DNA from: the human T2T-CHM13v2.0 reference genome, Homo sapiens | Length of the DNA: 64,000 nt | Assembly: GCF_009914755.1 (NCBI RefSeq) | Contig: NC_060932.1 | Reading direction: 5' to 3' (one strand) | Part shown: positions 40,700-57,952 of the stretch, piece after piece | Position numbering within the stretch: the stretch's first letter is position 1 | Layout of the letters: every line of letters begins with the position of its first letter | Program-made: the position numbers and the translations under genes | The notes under the pieces: model-generated | The model's input: only the letters and a program-made list of their open reading frames with translations | Told to the model about the DNA's origin: nothing | Database searches by the model: none

Positions 40700-43600
40700 T
40701 TATTTGATTTAATTAAAGGGAGAAATAGACACTTCTATATTCATAGTAGAAAATTTTTACACCACTCTCTCAGCAACTGATAGAACACAGGGAAAAATTA
40801 GCAAAGTCATGCATTATCTGAACAATACCACCATTCCACTGACTGCATTGATATTTATAGAACACATCATAAGACAACTGCAAAATACACATTTTTTTCA
40901 AGTACATATGATACATTCATAAAAATGAACCATATGCTAGGCCATAAAACAAATATTGATGTGTTTAAGCACATTTAAATACTTCAGGGTGTATTTCTCA
41001 CCACAAGGGGATTAAATTGGCAATCTATAAAATAAGCTATTTAGGATATTTTCAAATATGTGGAGATAAAGCAACATCATTCGAGATTGTGTTTGTATCA
41101 AAGAATAAATAATGAGAATAATTGGAAAGCATTTCTGCATATCGAATTTTGTGGAGCACAACAAAACAATGACTTCGAAAGAAATTTGTATCCAAATACT
41201 TATTGTAGAAAAGAAGAAATGTTTAAATCTATGACTTAAAATTATGCTCTAAGAACCTTAGAAAAGGGAACAATGTAAGCCCAAGTATGCAGAATAAGTG
41301 AAAAAGAAGTTATCACTACAGATCCAAGAAACATTAAACTAATATAAAAATGTTGTCAACAGGTATATGCCAAAACATTTCACAACTTACATAAAATAAA
41401 AGAATTCTCTCAAAAATTTAACTTACCAAAATTGGCACAAGAATTAGCAGAAAATATAAGTATTTCTGTATCTCTTAAAGAAAGTAAGTGTGTTATTAAA
41501 TGAAGAACGGCTTCTGCTTAAGATATAGAAATACGTAAAGAAAATCATCCCACATGAAACAAATACACAGCAAAACACACGGCAGACTGCAAATATTCAG
41601 TTTCTTGAACTCATTGGAAAGCTAAGGTCACAAATCAGCCACCTACCTAGAAATATAAGAAAAGACAGGAACCTCCAAAAAATAAAGACCATGAGTGCTT
41701 GCTTACCTGAAGCAGATTACCCCCAGAATATGATTTAAAAGATTTCAGGTAAAGTCTGTAGAGAATTGCTAAGAGCAAGCATAAACTAGAGAAACAATAT
41801 AAATGTCTGGGGTCACAGACAAAAGAGAAGTTCACAGCAACTTCTAATGTCTTCTCCATAGACTCAGCAGGTGCTTACAAAAAAGATTAGAGTATTTCAT
41901 GATGTAAGTCGGCTGAGGGGAACAGTAGCCACTGTGAGAAAGAACGAAAGCTTGCAAGAATCTTTCTCTTTTATGGAAAAGAAAGTCTTAATTTCTTAAT
42001 TAAGAAACTGAGGGAAGAACAACAGTTGTTTGTACGGCACTGGTGAATGAACAATCTAAAAAAATGCAAAACAAAATATTAAAGCTAGGAGAACGAGGAG
42101 AAGGGAGCACATTAAAAAAGAAAAACAAAGAACATCCTCTACCTTTGTCAACAGAGAAGGCATACATGCCTCCTGCCTGTAGAAAGATGACAGAATAACT
42201 GCAGCAAACTTCTCATCAAAAAATATGCAAGCCAGGACAGGTGTGGTGGTTCACGCCTGTAATCCCAGCACTTTGAGAGGCCAAGGTGGGCAGATCACTT
42301 GAGCCAGGAGTTTAGTTCGAAACTAGCCTGGGCAACATAATGAGACCCCTATCTCTACAAAACATACGAAAATTAACTGGACATGGTGGCAGGCACCTGT
42401 GGTCCCAGCCACTCAGGAGGCTGAGGTGGGAGGATCACTTGAGCCCCGGAGGCAGAGGATGGGGTGAGCCGAGATAATACCACTGCACTGCAGCCTGAGC
42501 TTCAGAGTGAGACCCTGTCTGAAAAAAAAATCGAGGCAAAATAAAATAGAGTAACATCTTTACAATGTTCCAGTGGAGCCATTTGGCCCTGGGTTTTACT
42601 ATGTGGGATTTTTGTTAGTGTTATTACTATCAATTCATGCACTTTATTTGTTATAGGTCCATTTTAGACTTTCTATTTCTTCTTGAATTAGGTTTGATAT
42701 GTATGCATTTCTAGGCATTTATTCATCTAGGTTATCAAAATTGTTGCCATAAAATTGTTTATAGTATTCCTTAATAATATTAAAAAATACTTTTGTAAGA
42801 TCTTTTGTAAAACTTCTCTTTCACTCATGATTTTAGTAATATGAGTATTCTCTTTTTTTCTTAGTCAGTCTAGTTAGAGGCTTGCCAATTTTGTTGATCA
42901 TTTCAAAAAATAAATTTTTGTTGTGTTGATTTATTCTATTGTTTTCTTAGTCTCTATTTCATTTATTTCCGTGCTAATATTTATTATTTTCTTCCTTGTG
43001 CTTGCTTTGGGTTTAGTTGGCTCTTCCTTAATTTTCTTGAGATGGAAGATAATTTACTGATTTTAAATCTATCTTCTTTATAAATACAGGCATTTACAAC
43101 CATACATTTTCCTGTAAGCATTGTTTTAGCTGCATCTCACAGTTTTGGTAAGTTGCTGTTGTGTTGTATATTTTAAAGTGTTTGGGGGCTCCCTTTAAAA
43201 TATTTTCTACATTCCCTTATGTTTTCTGCTTTGACCCATCATTTATTCACATTTATGCTGTTTAATTTCCACATAGTTGTGACTTTCCCAAATTTCTTTC
43301 TATTATCCCATTTTGTTCAGAGAACATACTTTGTATGATTCCTATCCTTTTAAATGTATTGAGGAGCTTGTATTTAAATCTAACATACAGTCTATTCTAA
43401 AGAATATTTCATGTGAACAGAAGAAGAATGTGTATTTTGCTGTAATTGGTGCAGTGTTCCACGCTTTGAGGTCATTGTGTTACAGTGCTATTCAAATCTT
43501 GTATTTCCTTGCTAATCTTTTTTCTAGTTGTTTTGTCTATTATTAAAAGTGGTATATTAAAGTCTCCTGCTATTACTGTTGACTTCTCTATTTCTCCCTT

Positions 43601-43860
43601 CAATTCTGTCAATTTTCTCTTCATGTATTTTGGCACTCTGTTGTTAGGTGCATGTTTTTATACTTGTTATATTATCGTGATAGATTAACTTGCTAACATT
43701 ACAAAATGCCCTTCTTCATCTTTAGTACCAATTTTGTCTTAAAGTTTGTTTTGTACACTATTGGTATAGCCACTACAGCTCTCTTTTGGTTATTGTTTGT
43801 ATGGCAAATCTCTTTCCATCCTTTTACTTTCAGTCTCTTTGTTTCCATGAATCTAAAGTG
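40700..43860. mobile_element. Old L1 (L1M) fragments: + strand ~40700-42230, - strand ~42560-43860, with an AluJ at 42231-42530
   Basis: Decayed L1 ORF2-like sequence (catatgctaggccataaaacaaa; gtggagccatttggccctgg). The switch from A-rich to T-rich marks the orientation change. Confidence 0.7.
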
Positions 43861-43868
43861 TAAAGAAA

Positions 43869-44482
43869 GTGTTCCTGGACCAAACGGAGAGTTGGGCTGC
43901 TATTTCTCACAGCCCAATAACAAGATGCAAATAAACTCGGGAGGAAGAGAGTTTTTATTTCTGCAACCAGTTATAGGGAGAAGTCCTGGAAATTATCGCC
44001 AGACCAACTTAAAATTACAAAGTTTTCCAGAGCTTATATACCTTCCAAGCTATATGTTTATGTGTAAGTGTGCATTCAGCTAAAGACATAAGTTATTAAC
44101 TTCTTTTAATCTATAACTAAGGTCTGAGTCCCGAAGACCTTCCTCTGGAGCCTCAGTAAATGTACTTAATCTAAATGGGTCCAGGTGCTGGGGTTATTAC
44201 CCTCACCTTGTCTCCTGCTAAATCACTGATATTTGGGGAGTTTCTTCAGACCTCCTATAAACTTGTTTAATCCTAAACGGGTCCTGTTAAGAACTCCTTC
44301 ATTAGTTTGTCATGCTTTAAGGCCCAGGAAAGGCCTAAGCAAAACTCTTAGTGGGCTTTTGTTACATTCAAGCCTTTATATCAGGGCACTGGCTTTTTAA
44401 GCTTTTAATATTTAACTTAACCCCTCAGTGGGTACTAAAGCAGTTGTTATGGAGTCTTGCGTTAGTGAGACTTGGCCTGCCA
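43869..44482 (-). mobile_element. ERV1-type solo LTR
   Basis: TG...CA termini with gaaag-like flanks and an LTR-like body. Subfamily not determined. Confidence 0.65.
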
Positions 44483-46047
44483 TGAAAGGGAACAATTTGT
44501 GACTAGGTGAGCACCTGTGGGAGGTGTCCTCTGCAGCTGCCATCTGGATGCTACATGAGGTCATTAGTGAGGTAATATCAGGGCACAGCTACTGGTCTAC
44601 CACTTTGTATGACTCTGAGACACTCACATGAATCTTTCATTAAAAGAAACTTCAACTAGGTTCCAGAGCATTTTTTTAAGATAAAGCAATGCAGTATTTG
44701 GAATGAGTAAGTAGTATTCCAGTTTCATGGTGTTCTGTAAGCTAGCAGCTGCATTTGCACTGTGGAGACCTGGGGAGGAAGACCATCTGCCAGCAGAAAA
44801 TTACTGTGAACTGGACTCTTAAGACCAAATACCCCACTTCCCACTTCCCTGGGGTAATTCCTGTGTAAATGAAGGAAACACTCTAGGCTTCTTGAGGGCT
44901 GTGTTTCAAATCTCTTTTGGAAAACAGTGGATCATATGTAAATAGAGTGAATCTAAAAATTGAACCAATCAAGCATTAAAAGGGTTCCCCCAATGGATAG
45001 TTCTATAGAAAGAATTTAATATGTACAGATAAAGTGTTGGAAAAGATGACAATGCAAAGCGGGAGCAATGAGGCAACCCTACTGATAGTCACAGCAGAAA
45101 TCTCCCACTGCCCTAAGGTTTGAGGAAAAATGGAAGGATTTGTGTGAGCCTGGGAGCAGCACTGGCTGGCAGAAGCTAAACTTGCGGTGGGACTGCCAGG
45201 TGAGTGCAGAAGACAGAAAAGCAGCGGCCTTGCTGAGCATGAAAAGCCACTGCTGGAAAAGAGAGGGAGTCGGGGAGAAATTCACATTGTCCTTCCTTCT
45301 TCAATCTCCCATTCTCCTAGGAGACACATTGACCAAAACTAGCCAGAAGTCAGGAAGCCTGGAAAATGTAGTTTGCAACTAATAGTTCCCATTTTACTCA
45401 GCAAAGCAGAAAAAAACAAGGAACAGATTTGAGCACAAAGAGACAAATAATAGGCCCAAATGTTAAACAAAACATTGTTTAATCTCATACGTTAAAACTA
45501 AGTAACCAAGTTCAAGTCACTGGTCATAGGGCTGGTAATTTTGGCCTTTATTTTGTGAAGCTGGATTTTATTTCACAAGGCAAAATTAGACAGTCAACCA
45601 TTTATGCACATTCTGTGTTGAACATTTTAAGTTAATCTCTAATCATTTTCTTTCACAGGTAAATACACCATAAGTACTAGAATCAATGAATGACAATATT
45701 TAGACAAACCAAGAAATAATGTGAATATAAAAATAATGTATTATATTTGATAGAATTATTATTCCATTAACATAGTTAGTACATATAGATGGATACATAA
45801 AACATGACAGCAATGTGCACAGCAGTTACTGGATCCTAGCTATGGCTCTGAAGAATTAACAGCCTCTTGAGCCTCAATATTTTCAAATGTAAATGGCAGT
45901 AATAAAACCTACCTCATAAGGTAATCATGAGTCATATGAGAGAAGTATGGAAAATACTTCATAAATTGTAAGGTACTCTACATATACATAGTAGTGGTAT
46001 CTGATTGAGCAGACACTAGGTACACACTCATGTCTTGATGTTTTTTA

Positions 46048-46428
<381 letters not shown>

Positions 46429-46527
46429 TCACTCACTGTGTGATTTGGATAAGCCACATAACTTCTCTTGAACTTCTTTGAATATCCAGGTCTGCTTCTA
46501 AGGCCAGAAGTGTGCTGGTCTGGTTTG

Positions 46528-46652
46528 TCAGATCCTCTGTCTGCAGCAGAGAAAGTTCAGCCTGCAATTTCCATCGGGCTTCTCATTCTCCAAGCACTCC
46601 TTCCTGCATTTTCCCCGACCAAGCTTGCACGACTCACAGACAGCAAACTCAC
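46528..46652 (-). CDS. DEFB105A: DEFB105 exon 3 (defensin domain)
   Basis: Acceptor cacag|GTGAG, stop TGA at 46528-46530. Confidence 0.95.
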
Positions 46653-48357
46653 CTGTGCCAAGAAAGAGCTGCTGAGGGAGCTTTCCAGGAAATGTCTAGA
46701 AATGGGGAACATGTCAAAGACCACCAAAAAAAAAGGGACAGTTCGTACGTATGATTACAAAGAATATTTTCAAGAATCAGCCCAGATTTTTCAAAAATAG
46801 TTTCTGCTTTTTGCAGTAGGGAGTTGGGGAGAGTTAATTTTTATGCAACAGATCATCGCAATTCCTACTCTCCAAGTGTTTATAATCTGGCAGGGATCAA
46901 AAGTAAACCACAGACAGACAAAGAGACATACATATTACAGAACTATAAAAATACATACCTGATATGACTGTGAAGTTTACTAGACAAAAAATGGGAGGGG
47001 TATATTGTGGTTTTTTAAAGATCCTTGAAGATCAACTCTAGTTTGGGCCTAGTAGCCGGCAGGTTAAGGTCCATATTCTCATTTGTCCAGTGGCCATTCT
47101 AGAAGCACCTGACTACATTTTTAAATCAGTTTAGGGATCAAATGGAATATTATATGTAAATATTTTCATTATAATAATACCTACCACATAGGACTGTTTT
47201 GAGGATTACATGACAAAGTCCATGTAAAGTTTTTAGCAGGATGCCTGGTACAGAGCAAACACTCAAGGACTAGTAGCAACCTTCATATTTCTCACTTTGA
47301 AATTCTGTCTAAAACCATTTCAACTTTGTCTACAATATTTCTTTTAGTTTTGTTTACAATGTCCTTTCTTTCTGTATAAGATGACTTCAAAGAAAAAGAA
47401 AAGATCTGGGGGCTATTCGTTATGAATAGCTTTTCTGCAATGGTGCTGAGTTTTCACTGAGGCAACCTCACTCTTTAATTTGAGCTTCCTTCAACTAACC
47501 TCATGCATTTGTGACATATATTATTACCAGACTTAGCAGCAGAGCTTGCAAGAGATGGGCAGGCGTGTTCACAGAGCAGTGCTAATTGGCTGGTACAAGA
47601 ATAAATCTAAGAACTTGGTTTAGTGAGCACCAACAGCTAATGGGAAAAGCCACTGAGTCCAAATCTCTATGGCCAAATTACAGTCCAGTCACAAAGATAT
47701 TTTTCTGTGAAATCAAAAATATCCAAATATTATACTTGGAACAAGAGAAAGAGAAGGAGATAAGTTAGTGAACTGATTTTTCAGACAATTCTATTTCTGC
47801 CACTATCTCTGTCCCCTCTTTGCCTCCAGACATCAGAGAGAGCTAACAGCGCCAGAGCTCCTAAGAGAAAAAATAATTATATACAAGAGATTTAACTTAC
47901 CTGATGGAAATGGTTGGGAAAAATCAAGTCCTGCCTGGCACCCTAAATTCAAAACAAAATACATTTTGAAAATTAAAATCAACACAGGAATTAACACTGT
48001 ATAAAACACTCCCAACTTCACATGTGACATAGCATAACAGGAGACAGTAGATCACAGAGTTGCAATCTTTATTCTGTTTCTCAAGGCCAGCATTCCAGGT
48101 AACCAGCAAAAACAAATTACAAAAAAAAAAAAATACACTATATGCTGTTTGCTCTTAGTAAATGTCACTGTAGGTCTAAGAAATTCCCATGACAGGTGCC
48201 ATGAGAGCTTGACCATTAAGGTCAAACATGGAAGAATCAACAGGCTTTATAATCTGCCCAATCAAAATCCCATCCATTTTTACTTACCTGATGGCAGTTG
48301 AACCAAAATGAAGAACATAGCAAATAGAAAATAAAATGTCTTCCTGATCAGGGCCAT
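46528..48357 (-). CDS. DEFB105A: Beta-defensin 105, 78 aa; join complement(48288-48357, 47901-47942, 46528-46652)
   Basis: MALIRKTFYFLFAMFFILVQLPS|GCQAGLDFSQPFPS|GEFAVCESCKLGRGKCRKECLENEKPDGNCRLNFLCCRQRI*; 70+42+125 nt. Confidence 0.96.
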
Positions 48358-49695
48358 CTTTTAGGGAAGACTCTTCGGAATAGAGATTGGGATTTCCTTG
48401 AGAAGACCCAAATGAGAGGCTCATTTTTATTTAAAAGTAATGGGGAGATGCTCTTGATCCGTGAAGTGAATCAATAAAACACAATTATATGCTCCATTTC
48501 CCAGGATAAAGGGATGATATCATGGATAATAACCCTTGGCATCCAGAAAGCCTTTTATTTTGGGGAGTCTAACTGGTGTAGTGGAAAGAACACCAGGCTA
48601 GAGGTTGAAAGAGCAGGGGCCATGTGAGTTTCCACCATACTAATGCAGGGGCCAGAAGATAGTGACCCCTTTCATCTCTTCCAGCTTCTGTTTTCTGGGA
48701 GAAAATAAGAACCCACTTGCAAATTCTGCCTGCCTCTAAAGGTGTTGTAAGAATCTAGTATGATTATAATGCAAAAGTGTTTTGAATATGTGGAATGCTT
48801 GGAAGGAGGCCTGGTACCATGTAAGAACTCAATAAATGTGGACTCTCACTTTTCTAGCTTTCATTTTTATTCTCTACAAGTATCACAGGGAGAAAAGGAG
48901 GGGTAGCAATCATTTTGTCAAGTTAGCTCTGAGTCCCCTTTCCTGTAAGATATCACCTCACGCACCAAAGCCATAATTACTGCATATTTTAAATTCATTA
49001 AGGACATGAATATTGGCCCAGATGGGTGGCTTATGTCTATTATCGTAGCTTTTGGGAGCCTAAGGCAGGTAGATTGCTTGAGCCCAGGTGTCTAGGGCAA
49101 GGCATGATGGTTACCAGCCCCTTGCTGCGCCAACAGTGCCATGGTACAGGTGAGCAGCATGGCAGGACCAAGCACGAAAAGCGTGCAGCATACAGCAAGA
49201 TTCACATTTTTTAACAAATATATGCTTAGGTCAAGCCCTTTGCCAAGTTTACAAAGCTCAAAAAGACTGAATCTGGAATTCAGATTCCACCTCACTACGG
49301 TTCCTCAGCTCTTAACTGAAGCATTGAGATATTGTATAATTACTCCCATTTTACATATGAGTAAACCAAAGCTGTTCAGGAACACAGCCAGGATTAGAAA
49401 CCAAACTACTGGACTCCAGATTTTTTTATTTTTTCTGTGTCTGCCCTACTCTGTCCTCCCTTCATCCCCACTTTCCTTCTTCAAAACTTTCCAGAATCAG
49501 AAATATGATGAGCTGTAGACTGAGTGACACCCACTGAGGTTGGGTGGGCTCTGTGCAGCAGAGCATGGAAATCCTCTCGTTTCTGCTAAGCCTCACTGAT
49601 CAAGATGTTACTTGGTCTGGAGAAATGTATAAATGTGGGTGTTTGCGGCTCTTTCCTCATGGACACGGTGCTGATCTCTCAAGACCCACCCAGTC
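48358..49695. promoter_or_regulatory. Divergent DEFB105/DEFB106 promoter region; TATAAA at 49628-49633 (+), AT-rich TATA-like ~48424-48435 (-)
   Basis: Head-to-head ATGs 1.34 kb apart, TATA ~65 nt upstream of the DEFB106 ATG. Confidence 0.6.
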
Positions 49696-53474
<3,779 letters not shown>

Positions 53475-53554
53475 TGCAGAAGATTTAGGTTTCCAGAGAA
53501 GCATACATAACCTAGCTTCTTTTTACTCTTGCCTCTGCTGTAGGCAGACACTTT

Positions 53555-53566
53555 AATAAAAATAAA
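53555..53566 (+). terminator. DEFB106 polyadenylation signals (tandem AATAAA)
   Basis: aataaaaataaa 80 nt after the stop, followed by GT-rich sequence. Confidence 0.75.
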
Positions 53567-53881
53567 TGACTGTCTTTGCTCAGTTTGTCAAGTGTTTCAT
53601 TTAGAAAGGAGAACAACACTGCCTGACCTTGATGCTCCCTCCATCCCGGTTTATTTTTCTATCATTCTGGAGTAGACAAATCGTCCCAAAGCCATCTGAA
53701 ATTTTTCTTAAAAGAGGACTAGAAGAGACTAGAAATCAACAAATCTCTAGCTTGTGCTCAGTCTAGTAAGTTGGCGCTTACTAACCTATTGACATGAAAG
53801 AAGTAAACAAAAGAAAATAAAGAAAAGAGAGAGGGAGGTGGAAAGAAGATGAATAGGTAGAGAAATGAGCACACTTTTTTT

Positions 53882-54229
53882 TAATACAAAACAAAATTTT
53901 ATTCTTTTTTTTCTTTTTCTTTTTATTATACTTTAAGTTCTAGGGTACATGTGCACAATGTGCAGGTTTGTTACATATGTACACATGTGCCATGTTGGTG
54001 TGCTGCACCCATTAACTCATCATTTACATTAGGTATATCTCCTAATGCTATCCCTCCCCCCTCCCCCCTTCCCCCTCCCCCCACCCCACAACAGGCCCCG
54101 GTGTGTGATGTTCCCCTTCCTGTGTCCAAGTGTTCTCATTGTTCAATTCCCACCTATGAGTGAGAACATGTGGTGTTTGGTTTTTTGTCCTTGAAACTGG
54201 AAACCATCATTCTCATCAAACTATCGCAA
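53882..54229 (-). mobile_element. Young 5'-truncated L1PA 3' end with 5' inversion; TSD gagcacacttttt
   Basis: ttattatactttaagttctagggtacatgtgcac... matches the L1PA 3' UTR. 54192-54229 is L1 sequence in the opposite orientation. TSD at 53868 and 54230. Confidence 0.9.
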
Positions 54230-54607
54230 GAGCACACTTTTTAAAAATTTTTACCATCATGCCATATGCCCACATAAATGAGCATACATTTACATGAATA
54301 GCTACATGAACGACAAATTGATGGATAGGCGGTCCATTTATCAAAGACTTTTATGTGTCACACACACACCTGTCTAAATTAGTCATCATGACCCCATGTC
54401 TTTAATTGGGGCTAGTTAAATATTTTCTATAGACTTGTTCTCTACACGTAAGTCTGAGATAAAATTTGCTGACAGGCAAGGGAGTCATAATTACCTCTAT
54501 GAGTCTCAGTAACTCTAGTGATTTAGACCCTCTTCCCCAAATCACTGCCTACGATTTTCCTAGGAACTGGCTGACAGTTTACCTTCTGATTCTAAGCCTC
54601 AAAATTA

Positions 54608-54985
54608 CTGTTATGGTGGGAATGTGTTCTTCCAAAATTAATGCTGAAGCCTAATCCCCACTCTGGTGATTAACAGATGAGGCCTTTGAGGAGGTGATTA
54701 AGCCTCAAGGGCCCTGCCCTCATGAATGGAATTAGCACCCTTATAAAAGAGGTTGAAAGAAACTGCCTTGCTCCTTCCACCATGGGAGGACACAGCGTTT
54801 GTCTCTTCTGCCATGTGAAGGCTGAGCAACAAGGTGCTATCTTGAAAGCACAAACTGGGTCCTCAGGATATAGTAAATCTTTTGAGGTCTTCCAGCCCCT
54901 AAAACTGTAAGTAATAAATTTCTATTGTTTATAAATCACCCAGCATAAGGTATTTTATTATAGCAGCATGAATGGACTGAGACAA
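54608..54985 (+). mobile_element. MaLR LTR (MST/MLT1A-like)
   Basis: tgttatggt...ccctcatgaatggaattagcacccttataaaagagg...aataaatttcta...ggactgagaca. Confidence 0.8.
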
Positions 54986-55149
54986 TTACTTAGTTTAAGT
55001 AAGAATTTCCTATCATGTTTCCAGTGCTCAAGAGTTAGTTTTGGTTTCCTGCTGGCTCAGAAATCTTGCCTTACCTCCCCTTTAATTTTTCAAAGTCGAT
55101 AGATTTAATTCTATTAGAATCAATAACCCTTTCACGAAAAGGATGTTTT

Positions 55150-55624
55150 AGTTACACTTTCTAGTTTGAGGTAATTGTAGATTCCTCTACAGTTCCAAAA
55201 ATAATAATAATAATGCAGAGAGATACCCAGATCTTTTACTCTATTTTCCTCAATAGTAACATCTTTGTAAAACCATAGTGCAATATCACAACCAGGTTAT
55301 TGACACTGATGCATAACATTTCCATTATCAGGAGGACTTCTCATGTTACCCTTTCAGAGCCACTCTCTCTTCCCTCACACCTCCACCTCCGTCTTAACCC
55401 CTGTATAAGTGATTTATTCTCCATTTCTACAATTTTGTCCTTTTAGGAATGCCATATAAATAGAATGTATATATCCTTATTAGACTGGCTTTTTTCAGTC
55501 AGCATAACTTTCTGGGGATTCATCCAGGTTGTTGCATTTATCAATAGCTCTTTCCTTCTTATTGTTGGGCAGTATTCCAGGATACGGATGAACCACAGTT
55601 TGTTTAATCACTCCCTCATCGTAG

Positions 55625-55662
<38 letters not shown>

Positions 55663-56495
55663 CCTCCCTCTTTTCCCCCACTTCATTGCCTCCTCTTCTC
55701 CTCTCTACCTCTCCTTCTCTTTCTCTTTTGCATAGGGATATCTAATTGTTCAAGCACCATTTGTTGAGAAGACTATTCTTCCTCCATTATATTACCTTTG
55801 CTTCTTTGATAGAGAGGAGTTGCTTTGATCTTTTCTGAGCTATCCATTCTGTTCTGTTTCTCTGTTTGATCTATTTATTTATTGCTTCACCACTCCCACA
55901 CTGCCTTCATCATTGCAGTTTTTTAGTGAGTCTTGATATAAGGTAGTGTAAGTTCACTGTATTAACCCATTTTCACATTGCTATAAATAAATATCCGAGA
56001 TGGGGTAATTTATGAAGAAAAAGAGGTTTAATGGACTTACAGTTCCACACAGTTGGGGAGGTCTCACCATCATGACTCAAGGCAAAGGAGGAGCAAGGTA
56101 TGTCTTACATGGTGACAGGAAAGACAGCGTGTGCAGGGGAACTGACCTTTATAAAACCATCAGATCTTGTGAGACTTACTCATTTTCATGAGAAAAGCAC
56201 AGAAAAGAAACACCTCATGATTCATTTACTTCTCACCATGTCCCTCCCATGACTCATGGGGATTATGGGAGCAAGAACCCAAGATGAGATTTAGATGGGG
56301 ACAGAAACCCTATCATCCACCAACCTTGTTCTTTCCGGTATTGTATTGACGATCCTAGGTCTTTTGAATCAGTATGGAAATGTCAACAACATATTTTGCT
56401 AAAAGTTTGACTGGGATTATATTTAATCTATAGGTCAAGTTGTAAATATTGACATCTTAACGTTAAATTCTCTATTATATGAACACAGAATATTT
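55150..56495 (-). mobile_element. Old L1M fragments interrupted by (TC)n (55630-55660) and a THE1/MST LTR (55958-56315)
   Basis: The THE1-like part reads tgtattaacccattttcacattgctataaa...aaagaggtttaatggacttacagttccac...ccctatca. Confidence 0.7.
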
Positions 56496-56499
56496 CTCT

Positions 56500-57880
56500 T
56501 GTTAAAATAATTAAATGAGAGGCCATTAGACTGCGGGAGCTTCAGTGCACTCGGTTTCTACATAAGCAAACTAAAACCCAACTCGGTTTGAATGGTAAAA
56601 GAAAACTTTAACCAATCAGAAACCACCAACTAACCTCTAACAAGGGAATGGAATGATTCGAATAAGGCTTATACTCCACCTTAACCAATTAGATGTTTAA
56701 TTTGCCTTTCTTCCATTTTCACCCTATAAAAGCCTTTTCCTCGTGCCTCTTTGCGTGAGCCCCAAAAGACTTGTGTTTTGGAGCCTGCCCGATTCTTAAA
56801 TTGATATCTGCTCAAAAGAAAACTCTAAGATTTTTATGTGCCTAAGTTTATTTTTTAATACTTCTGTTGTCAGAAGAGGGACCCAAAGAAGCCCTGATAA
56901 TGGTTCCTGGGACAATGAGTAGCCAGATGTAGTTACCAGCTGAGCCGGTTTTACTCACCGCTTTCTCTCTGTGTCTGGATCCAGCAGAAACTGGACTGGG
57001 TCCAACAGAAGGTCTTAAGAAGGCAGGGTTTAGGGAAGACAAAGAATCATGAGTTCATCTGTATCCAGGTAGTCTGGAACCTCTCCATCTGGGACTCTAG
57101 CTACGTTCATGTATAAAAATTATGGACCCAGAACCTGTGTTTTTCTAAATAAATGTGTAAACTTTACTAAAGACAACTTAGAATTACACTGGTCACAGTG
57201 AAGAAATTTTAACCTAAACAGTTATTCATCTATAAGCTACATTGAAAGAGAAGTGATCTTAAATGCCTCAAAAAAATGAGATATGTTTTTAATTGGCATG
57301 CAGAAGCTTCTAAAAGACTAAGCAAATCAGAACTTGCCTTTCTTAAAGACTCTTTACAAAAGGCAAATTAAAAGCTTAAGCACTTAATCAGTGATGATAA
57401 AAAATTGCACATTGACTCACTCAACTCTCAATGCTCCTTCTTTTCCTCCTGTCTCTCTTCTTCCTCTGCCTAATTACTCTGATTCCACTACCCTCTTCAC
57501 TCAGCTGCCTTTCTACTATGAAGATGAGAAGCAAGTTAGGAAAATGCCTTCTAAAGTTAGTTCCTCAGATCAACTGTGTCTGCCTTCTTTAATTACCTTT
57601 ATGTCTTGGTCAAAATCCGAACTGACAGAAATAGTGAAAGACTTCCCTAACCCAAAGGAAAACCCCCAGGAATTTGCTGAGGAATTTAGAATCCTCATTT
57701 AAACATACAATCCATGACTTCCTGATCTTTGTCAATTTATCCACATGATACTGGGACCTGGTCAAGCCTGCAAATGGAGGCGATGGTTGAATGGGACTAA
57801 CCTGAGGATGATATTAAGGATCTTATGTCTCAGACAGCTGCAAGGGATGAACAAAAAAGAGGCAGGGGAAAAGGAAGCAT
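56500..57880 (+). mobile_element. ERV1 5' fragment: LTR (56500-~56862), PBS-like (~56865-56882), decayed gag (57049-~57870)
   Basis: Matrix-like PSGTLATFMYKNYGPRTCVFL and capsid-like WSKSELTEIVKDFPNPKENPQEFAEEFRILI, with stops. Confidence 0.75.
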
Positions 57881-57952
57881 TCTATAATCTCATAAGTAAA
57901 TCTCATCTTTACCTGAGCCTGTGTGTCCCTGCACTGTGACTGTCACAAGAAC

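Noticed and set aside
48585-49390. AGAACA/GGAACA androgen-response half-sites
   Set aside because: Half-sites only, with no convincing 15-bp palindrome.
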